Positions 26,794-33,545 of a stretch of DNA of 33,545 nt are shown here, piece by piece. The notes beneath the pieces are model-generated. The model was not told where the DNA came from. It made no database searches and saw only the letters and a program-made list of their open reading frames with translations. The DNA comes from an uncultured bacterium. Lineage in GTDB: Bacteria > CAYJRR01. Position 1 is the stretch's first letter. The number at the start of each line of letters is the position of its first letter. The position numbers were made by a program, and so were the translations under genes. Location of the stretch: assembly GCA_964372275.1 (NCBI GenBank), contig CAYJRR010000044.1, positions 1 through 33,545 on the forward strand. Reading direction: 5' to 3'.

Positions 26794-29075
26794 ACGCCCT
26801 GAGGAGGCCGGCCCGGGCGTCGCTCGCCGCCGTCTGGCTGCCGGCGATCGCGCTCGGCGCGAGCATCGTCCCGGTGGCCGCAATCGCGCAGCCGACGGAG
26901 CCCTGCCCGCCGGGTGCCGACGCGGCGGCACCGGTTGCCGTCGACGACGTGTGCGCCGCGCGCGTGATCGGCTTCGAGCCGGAGATCAAGAAGCTGGGCG
27001 AAGCGCTCTGCTCCAACGCGTCGGCCTCCGCGACCACGCGGCTGGAGGAGAAGACGGCGCGCGAATTCGGCCGGCTGGTCGAAGAGTGCGGGGACGCGCT
27101 GCTCAAGAGCGGCTCCGTCCTGACGCAACGCTACCTTCACCAGTGGATCTCCGGCCCGTCCGAGGGTTGGGGCGAAGACCTGAAGGTGCGCGGCGTCAAA
27201 CCGAGCGCCGACCTCCGCGCGTACCGGGAGACGATCACCTCCTCCTACGGCGATGGCGCGGAGTCGTCGAAGCTGCCCGCGTGGTACCGGGAGGAGGCCG
27301 CCTTTTCCGAAGCGGTCGCGGCGGTCTCCGACGTCGCGCGCGACTATCTCAAGGGGAACACCTGGGGAACCTACACCGCCGAGACGAGGATCGAGCGATA
27401 TCGCAAGAACGCCGGTCTCGCCGAGGATCACCCCCGCGTCAGACTGCTGGGAGCGCTCCTGGCGCGCGTCAAGGCCACCCCGTCCGACGCCGCCGACGCG
27501 GAGATTCCGGAGGAGCTGTGGAAGGAGTTCGGCACGATCCGCCACCAACGGCTCACCGGCGCCGCGGGCTTCTACACCGAGGCCTGCGACAAGGAGGCGG
27601 CGAAGGACGATTCGCTCGCCGACGCGGTAACGCTGGCGTGGGCGAGCCACCTGCTCGCGCGCGGCGCGAAGGAGCTCGAGAAGCTGGACGGACCGGTGAA
27701 CGCGCTCAAGGGCCAGTTCCACGACTGGACGCGGGCCGAGCCGGCCTTCGGCGCCGAGATGACCGGCGCCTTCATGTCGGGCTACGTCAAGAAGCACTAC
27801 TTCGAGAGCGACCGGAACCTCGGCGAGGTCTCGCCGGAGATGGCGCGAATGCTGGCCGACGGCGTCAACGCGCCGCTGCGTAGCCGATACGGCCTGCCGA
27901 AGGCCGCCGCCGCGGAGAAGGCGGGCGACGCGGTCGGAATCGCCGGCACCCGATTCGACTCGAACGACAACCTGCGCGTGGTCTTCCCCGACAAATGCGA
28001 GCTCGAGTCGGTGCGCCACGTGAAGGAGGACGGCACCGCCGGGGCGATCCTCACCGGTCACGAATGGGACGCGCGCGGGATCTACGACAAGGAGAGCTTC
28101 GCGGTGAACAAGGAGTTCCCCATCTCCGAGCTCGTCTTCAAGGAGGAGGACCGGGCGAACCGGAACAAGGCGCGTAGTTACGACGTCGCCCTCAAGTGCG
28201 GCGACCGGTCGCGTCGCTTCCGGATCAACATCCCGCCGCTCCCCGACTCGGCCGAGCCGATCGACTTCGTGACGCCGGAGACCGCGCCGCCCTACGCGGC
28301 GATGCTGGCCGACGGGAAGGTGAACGGTCTCTTGGTGGGAGGCCACCACACGCGCGAGGTCGACACCTCGGTGCGGGCGATGAGGGAGATCGGCTTCCGC
28401 GAGGTTTCGCGAAAGAGCGGCGTCTCGATCCGCGATCGCTTCTTCGAGCTGTTGTCGGAGAAGGGTCCCGACGGAAAGCCGATCCTCGACTACTTCGTCA
28501 AGGACGCGCACGCCAACGGCTACGCCTTCGACGCCGGGATGTTCCGCGCCAACAAGAAGGGCGAAGAGATCGTGTTCGAGAAGACCGGCCCCGACGGAAA
28601 GCCGCACCGCATCACCGTGCTCGGAAACTCCGAGGGCGAAGGGGACGATTCGCCGGACGGCTTCGAGACGGTCGACTACGCCAAGTACTTCGACACCATG
28701 GCGGCCCGTGGCGACCACCACCTGTTCGTCGCCAACTTCTCCTGCTGGTCGGACGGCAAGACCGCGTTCGAGTGGGACGGCATCCGGAGCAAGAACGTGA
28801 AGTACCTCCCCACCGACAAGTCGGCCACCTATTACAAGTACTACTGGCACGGCCTCGCCAAGCGCGAGAACACCTTCCAGATCGTCTACGCCCTCGACCG
28901 CAAGATGGACTACTCCACGATGCGGACCGAGTTCTCGAACTTCGACGACGAGGTGCTGATGCCCGACGACCCGGCGTTCATCACCGTGCTCACCGAGAAG
29001 ATCAAGAGCGCGCGCGCCAGCTCTTCGGGAATCCCGGTGCGGGTGCACCTGGAAGAGACCCGGCCGAACAGCTGA
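26790..29075 (+). CDS. Large secreted hypothetical protein (761 aa)
   Basis: Signal peptide ending AAIA, several N-terminal Cys, and a C-terminal alpha/beta region with YFVKDAHANG and FVANFSCWS. Confidence 0.75.
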   Translation: MNALRRPARASLAAVWLPAIALGASIVPVAAIAQPTEPCPPGADAAAPVAVDDVCAARVIGFEPEIKKLGEALCSNASASATTRLEEKTAREFGRLVEECGDALLKSGSVLTQRYLHQWISGPSEGWGEDLKVRGVKPSADLRAYRETITSSYGDGAESSKLPAWYREEAAFSEAVAAVSDVARDYLKGNTWGTYTAETRIERYRKNAGLAEDHPRVRLLGALLARVKATPSDAADAEIPEELWKEFGTIRHQRLTGAAGFYTEACDKEAAKDDSLADAVTLAWASHLLARGAKELEKLDGPVNALKGQFHDWTRAEPAFGAEMTGAFMSGYVKKHYFESDRNLGEVSPEMARMLADGVNAPLRSRYGLPKAAAAEKAGDAVGIAGTRFDSNDNLRVVFPDKCELESVRHVKEDGTAGAILTGHEWDARGIYDKESFAVNKEFPISELVFKEEDRANRNKARSYDVALKCGDRSRRFRINIPPLPDSAEPIDFVTPETAPPYAAMLADGKVNGLLVGGHHTREVDTSVRAMREIGFREVSRKSGVSIRDRFFELLSEKGPDGKPILDYFVKDAHANGYAFDAGMFRANKKGEEIVFEKTGPDGKPHRITVLGNSEGEGDDSPDGFETVDYAKYFDTMAARGDHHLFVANFSCWSDGKTAFEWDGIRSKNVKYLPTDKSATYYKYYWHGLAKRENTFQIVYALDRKMDYSTMRTEFSNFDDEVLMPDDPAFITVLTEKIKSARASSSGIPVRVHLEETRPNS

Positions 29076-29095
29076 GGCCCCTATAATCGCGGGCG

Positions 29096-31186
29096 ATGGC
29101 CCGGCGCGATCGCAAACGGAGCCGGCGGGAGACGGCCACACGCGGCGCGCCGGCGCCGCACCCGCTCCTCGCACAGCCCCTCCCCTCGCTCCGAGCGGAG
29201 TGGCCCCTACCGCTCGCGGTCTTCCTCTTCGCCCTGGCGGTCTACGCCACCAGCATGCCGCGGACCGTCACGCTCGAGGACTCCGGCCTGTTCCTGATGT
29301 CCTGCCACGCGGCGGGGATCTCCCATCCGCCGGGCTATCCGCTGCACAGCCTGCTCGGAAAGCTGTTCACGCTCCTTCCGGTCGGCAGCGTGGCGGCCTG
29401 CGTCCATCTCCTGAGCGCAACCTTCGGCGGTCTCACGGCCGCCGTCCTGTGGTGGATCTCGCGGGTGCTGACCGGCGAGCGCGTCGCGGCGCTTTCGGCC
29501 GCGCTGGCCTTCGTCGTCTCCCGCGAGATGTGGGCGCAAAGCATCATCGCCGAGGTCTACAGCCTCAACACCTTCCTGTTCTTCCTGCTGTTCGCCGCGT
29601 GTCTCGCCTACCGCATCGACGGCGAGCCGCGCCGGCTGCGGTGGGCCGCGGCGCTGTTCGGCCTGGCCCTGAGCAACCACTGGCCGCTGATCGTGCTCTC
29701 GACCCCGGCGCTGGCGGTGCTGCTGGCTCCGCGCTGGAGGTCGGTCGTCCCGCTCCTGCCGCGGCTGGTTCCGCTGCTCGCGGCCGGCCTCCTGCCCTAC
29801 GTCTACATGGTGGTCCGCTCACGGATGGATCCACCGATCAGCTGGATCGGTCCGCTCGACAGCGCCGGCCGCGTGCTCCACCTGATCCTGCGCAAGGGCT
29901 ACGCCGGCGCCGACAACAGCCCGAGCGCCAACCTCGACGACAAGCTCGAGTTCCTCGGCTACTTCGTCGGCCAGGCGGCGATCCAGTTCACGCTCCCGGG
30001 AGCCCTGCTTTCGATCGCCGGCGCCTGGGCGCTGTGGCGCCGCGCGCCGCGAGAGGTCTCGGCGGCGCTGGCCGCCACCTTCGTCGGGAACAGTCTGCTG
30101 CTGATCGTGTTGCTGAAACGCGACTTCACGACCATCGAACGCGCGGTCTTCAAGGTCTATCCGCTCGCCGCGTACGGCGTGATGGCGGTCGCGGTCGCGG
30201 CCGGCTTCGCCCGGATCGGGGGACGGCGCGCGGTCGGGGCGGCACTCGGGTTCGCGCTGGTGGTGGGCACGTTCCTCGCCCACGCGCCGACCAACGACCG
30301 CCGCGATTACACCTGGGCGCGGGACTACGCCCGCACGCTCCTCGAGGCGCTCCCGCCGAACGCCGTCCTCTTCACGCACGCCGACGTCGAGACCGGCGCC
30401 GTCGGTTACCTGCACCACGTCGAAGGGGTCCGGCCCGACGTCACGCTCTACAACGACATCGGCGTCGTCTTCTCCAACCGCCTGTTCCGCGTTCCGGCGA
30501 GTCGCGAGACCAAGGCGGCCGCGCTCACCGACTTCGTGCGGAAAACCGACCGGCCGGTCTTCACCACCGGGGACCTCGAGGTTCCCTGGGGGCTCGAGAC
30601 CAACGTCCTGTTCCGGCGCGTCGAGAAGAACGGCGAGAGCGTCTTCGGGCCGACGCAGATCGACTACTGCCGCCGCCTGGCGCAGGAGACCGACGTGAGC
30701 GACGTCTGGACGGTCGACCACCGGGGACGGGTGCTCGCCAACTGCGGACACGTCCTCGCCTGGATGCACCACAAGAACGGCGATCCGGAGATCGGGCGCG
30801 CGCTCGACGACGTGACCGGCTCGTTCGCCGGCAACGTGGCGCGGATCTTCGAGCTACGGAACAAGGTCGATCCGGCGATCCTGTCGGGTTGGCTCGACGA
30901 CGCGGCCGGACGCCTCGATCGGCACGTCCCCGACCTGCAGCTCGCCGTCTACCACTACCTCCGCGGCCTGTTGCACGCGCGGCAGGGGGACGGCTTGGCG
31001 GCGATCGCCGATCTCGAGCGCTCCGCCGAGCTCGATCCGTCGCGCGCTAACGCCGCGCTGCTCGAGCTCCTGCGGCTCCGTGCCGAACGGAACGAGCGCC
31101 GCGAATACCGCTCAACGCGAAGGCGCTTTTTCGGCACTGCCCCGGTGCGCGACCTCGAGGCGACGGATCGCCAAATGGGCCTGTGA
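29096..31186 (+). CDS. DUF2723 / TMEM260-like GT-C glycosyltransferase with C-terminal TPR-like helices
   Basis: EDSGLF..GISHPPGYPL..LLGKLF, WAQSIIAEVYSLN, GLALSNHW, multiple TM helices. Confidence 0.85.
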   Translation: MARRDRKRSRRETATRGAPAPHPLLAQPLPSLRAEWPLPLAVFLFALAVYATSMPRTVTLEDSGLFLMSCHAAGISHPPGYPLHSLLGKLFTLLPVGSVAACVHLLSATFGGLTAAVLWWISRVLTGERVAALSAALAFVVSREMWAQSIIAEVYSLNTFLFFLLFAACLAYRIDGEPRRLRWAAALFGLALSNHWPLIVLSTPALAVLLAPRWRSVVPLLPRLVPLLAAGLLPYVYMVVRSRMDPPISWIGPLDSAGRVLHLILRKGYAGADNSPSANLDDKLEFLGYFVGQAAIQFTLPGALLSIAGAWALWRRAPREVSAALAATFVGNSLLLIVLLKRDFTTIERAVFKVYPLAAYGVMAVAVAAGFARIGGRRAVGAALGFALVVGTFLAHAPTNDRRDYTWARDYARTLLEALPPNAVLFTHADVETGAVGYLHHVEGVRPDVTLYNDIGVVFSNRLFRVPASRETKAAALTDFVRKTDRPVFTTGDLEVPWGLETNVLFRRVEKNGESVFGPTQIDYCRRLAQETDVSDVWTVDHRGRVLANCGHVLAWMHHKNGDPEIGRALDDVTGSFAGNVARIFELRNKVDPAILSGWLDDAAGRLDRHVPDLQLAVYHYLRGLLHARQGDGLAAIADLERSAELDPSRANAALLELLRLRAERNERREYRSTRRRFFGTAPVRDLEATDRQMGL

Positions 31187-31187
31187 C

Positions 31188-31257
31188 AAATGGAAAACCG
31201 GCCAACCGAGTCACGCCATTGGCCGGTTTTCCATTTTCCATTCTCCATTTTCCATTT
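31188..31257. repeat. Perfect 18-bp inverted repeat plus four TCCATT(T/C) heptamers, probable terminator between convergent genes
   Basis: AAATGGAAAACCGGCCAA (31188-31205) and TTGGCCGGTTTTCCATTT (31219-31236). Heptamers span 31230-31257. Confidence 0.7.
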
Positions 31258-33041
31258 CAGTTCTCCGATTCCCCCCGCGGCGTTCCGCCCCACGACCGAA
31301 GAACCTCCCTCGCTTCGTCTGTCGCCTTGGGGTCGACCTCGATCCAGGCCGTATCCTCCGGCGGAGTCGCCGCAACGACGGGAATCTCGATCAGCCGATC
31401 TCGGCGCAGGACCGTGACGGCGAGCGTCTCCCCCGCCTTCCGCTCGTTGGCGCGGGCGCGCCAGCCCTTCTCGTCGGCGCGCCAGCGGTCGATCGCCACC
31501 AGCTCATCGCCGGCCGACAAACCGGCGCGTGCCGCGGGAGAACCGGCGAGAACCGCGGAGACCACCGCGCGTCCGCGGTCGGACTTGGTCTCGAGCCCCA
31601 GCCACACCGTCGCGACCTCCCCCTCCTTCGCCTTGCCGGGATGGCCGCCCTTGTCGTCCGGCCCCTCCGCCGCGCGTGTCCGGAACACGAGGCCCGCATG
31701 GCGTAGATGGGCGGCGAAATCGATCTCCGCCGTACCGTCGACGTACGCCGCCAGGAGGTCGTCCATCGGCCCTCCGGCCAGCTCCGCGAGCGCCTTCGCG
31801 TACGCCTCCTCCGGGAGGCCCTTGCCCGGGTCGCCGTGGCGCTCGAACAGCAGGCGCATCAGGTCGTCGAGCGAGCGCCGGTTCCGCGTGCGCGCGCGCA
31901 GCTCCAGGTCGAGGACCCAGGCCACAAGCGCTCCCTTGCGGTAGTAGCTGATGCTGGAGTTGGCCGAGTTCTCGTCGGGCCGGTAGTGCTTGATCCACGC
32001 GTCGAAGGAGCTCTCCGCCAGGCTCTGCAGCCGCCGTCCGGGGGTGCGGAGCAGGCTGCTTATCTCTTCGGCGAAGATCGCGAGCATCCGTTCCCGGGAG
32101 ATCAGCCCGGCGCGAGCCAGGGTGAGGATCTCGTAGTATTCGGTGAACCCCTCCATCGCCCACAACACGCGGGTGTAGACCTCGCGCGAGAGGTCGTAGG
32201 GGTCGAACGCCTTGGGCTTGATGCGCTTCACGTTCCAGGCGTGGAAGTACTCGTGCGCCGCGAGCCGGAGGAACTCCTCGTACTCCTTGCGCGGTCGGAA
32301 GCCGAACCTCGGGTAGAGCAGCGTCGTCGAGTCGCGGTGCTCGAGACCGCCGCGGCCCTTGTCGGTGAGGTGGACGATGAACAGGTAGCGGCGGAACGGG
32401 AGCCCGCCCATCAGCGCGGCCTGCGCCTCTGCGATCGTCCGGAGATCGTCCCGGAGCCTCGCCGGATCGTGGTTCCCCTCCCCCCAAAGGACGACCTCGT
32501 GCGGAACGCCGCACGCCTCGAACGCGATCCGTTCGTGCCGGCCGATCTCCACCGGGCAGTCGATCAGGTGGTCGTAGTCGGCCGCCTCGAACGTTCCGGG
32601 TACCTGCCCGCGAGGCAGCGTGGTCGCGATCGCCCAGCCGGGCGGCGCGTCGATCGACAGCGACACCGGCCGTCCCGCCGTCTCCGGCCGATAGAGGAAG
32701 AGGTTCGCCCCGTTGAAGAAGCCGTGCGTGGCGTCGAGGTGGCTGGTGCGCACGGTAAGGTCGTTGGCGTAGACCCGCATCCGGACGGTGACCCGCGACG
32801 CGCCCCCCGCGTCGACGCACCAGCCCGCCTTGTCCACCTTGCGGTGGGGAAGGGTCCGCCCGGATTCGTCCGAGGCGGCGACCTCCTGCACGTGACGCGC
32901 GAACTCGCGTTGCAGGTAGGAGCCCGGGGTCCAGGTCGGCAGACGCAGCTCGAGCCCTTTCGGGAACGGTCCGTCGAAGGTGGCGGAAACGCCGTACAGG
33001 TGCGCGTGCGGGTCGTCCACCGAGACGTGGTAGCGGGTCAT
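31257..33041 (-). CDS. M61 family metallopeptidase with PDZ domain
   Basis: LPTWTPGSY, GGLEHRDST, AHEYFHAWNVKRI, EGFTEYY, ISYYRKG, and PDZ-like GSPAARAGLSAGDEL. Confidence 0.93.
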   Translation of the reverse strand: MTRYHVSVDDPHAHLYGVSATFDGPFPKGLELRLPTWTPGSYLQREFARHVQEVAASDESGRTLPHRKVDKAGWCVDAGGASRVTVRMRVYANDLTVRTSHLDATHGFFNGANLFLYRPETAGRPVSLSIDAPPGWAIATTLPRGQVPGTFEAADYDHLIDCPVEIGRHERIAFEACGVPHEVVLWGEGNHDPARLRDDLRTIAEAQAALMGGLPFRRYLFIVHLTDKGRGGLEHRDSTTLLYPRFGFRPRKEYEEFLRLAAHEYFHAWNVKRIKPKAFDPYDLSREVYTRVLWAMEGFTEYYEILTLARAGLISRERMLAIFAEEISSLLRTPGRRLQSLAESSFDAWIKHYRPDENSANSSISYYRKGALVAWVLDLELRARTRNRRSLDDLMRLLFERHGDPGKGLPEEAYAKALAELAGGPMDDLLAAYVDGTAEIDFAAHLRHAGLVFRTRAAEGPDDKGGHPGKAKEGEVATVWLGLETKSDRGRAVVSAVLAGSPAARAGLSAGDELVAIDRWRADEKGWRARANERKAGETLAVTVLRRDRLIEIPVVAATPPEDTAWIEVDPKATDEAREVLRSWGGTPRGESEN

Positions 33042-33051
33042 CGTTCCAGCC

Positions 33052-33545
33052 TTACCGGAAGCCGTCGTAGCCGGGGCTCGCTTCGAAGCGAGGCACCCGC
33101 GGGACGACGCCGATCTGCTGCAGCATCCCCAGCCGGTCGACCGCGTCCCAATGCTCGATCACCTTGCCGCCGACGAGCCGGAAGATTGCCATCCGCGGGA
33201 CGACCACCGGGTTCCCGGTGGGGGCGATCCCCATGAACGCCCCCTTGTGGGTGAAGCGAGCGGTCATCCGCGCGGAGACGCGATCCCCTTCGGCGACCAG
33301 GTCCTCCAGAGTGAAGACGAAGTCCGGGAAGGCGGCCGTGAAGGCGCGATAGAACTCCTTGAGCCCCTCGCGGCCCGGTCCGGCCGGCATCGAGGTGTGC
33401 TGGAGGAATCCGGCGGCGACGTCGTCCTCGAGCACGGTGAAGTCGCGCCGGTTCACCCGCTCGTAGAAGTCGCGGACCACCGCCTTGTTCCCCGACGGGA
33501 TGGCGTCGACCAGCCGCTGGGAATAGGCGGGCTCGGCGGTCCAGG
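33052..33545 (-). CDS. SnoaL-like ester cyclase (NTF2 fold), 5' end outside the window
   Basis: NKAVVRDFYE, AAFPDF, LVAEGDRV, THKGAFMGIAPTG, GKVIEHW. The frame stays open to the window edge. Confidence 0.85.
   Translation of the reverse strand, partial: WTAEPAYSQRLVDAIPSGNKAVVRDFYERVNRRDFTVLEDDVAAGFLQHTSMPAGPGREGLKEFYRAFTAAFPDFVFTLEDLVAEGDRVSARMTARFTHKGAFMGIAPTGNPVVVPRMAIFRLVGGKVIEHWDAVDRLGMLQQIGVVPRVPRFEASPGYDGFR

Noticed and set aside
25562..27106. N-terminal extension of Nfo (799-aa ORF)
   Set aside because: It is antisense to the VTT and secreted-protein genes. Nfo homology begins at LKLGAH.
31188..31257. CRISPR array or tRNA
   Set aside because: There is no repeat-spacer periodicity, no cas genes and no cloverleaf. 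None was seen anywhere else in the window either.

Overview
High-GC bacterial window; gene content and style suggest a Myxococcota/Deltaproteobacteria-like organism, which is an inference. It holds about 29 protein-coding genes, and I could not see any rRNA, tRNA, CRISPR array or transposase. Order: a translationally coupled kamA-like radical SAM / divergent folE / folB unit; two tandem DUF4139/DUF4140 (MuiA-type) secreted proteins; a small nuoB-def-nuoI unit; lnt; a minus-strand fadF-like Fe-S oxidoreductase / pepA / pseudo-receiver-DUF4388 / small membrane protein unit; a secreted SH3-like protein; an ISC operon (iscS-iscU-iscA-hscB-hscA); a lipoprotein amidohydrolase; two modules of secreted hypothetical proteins; nfo; a VTT/DedA protein; a DUF2723 (TMEM260-like) glycosyltransferase; an M61 peptidase; and a truncated SnoaL-like cyclase. 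Most interesting observations: (1) the ISC operon is led by a MerR-family regulator with a C-terminal four-Cys motif and a 28-bp palindromic operator, in place of IscR. (2) IscS carries a 101-aa degenerate internal duplication of part of its own PLP-binding domain. (3) Two modules of a large secreted protein with a His/Cys caspase-fold-like signature plus a small two-Cys secreted protein share a near-identical sigma54-like promoter. (4) A pseudo-receiver protein carries a correctly spaced MshEN-like double motif. All functional calls come from motif recognition by eye; no database searches were run.
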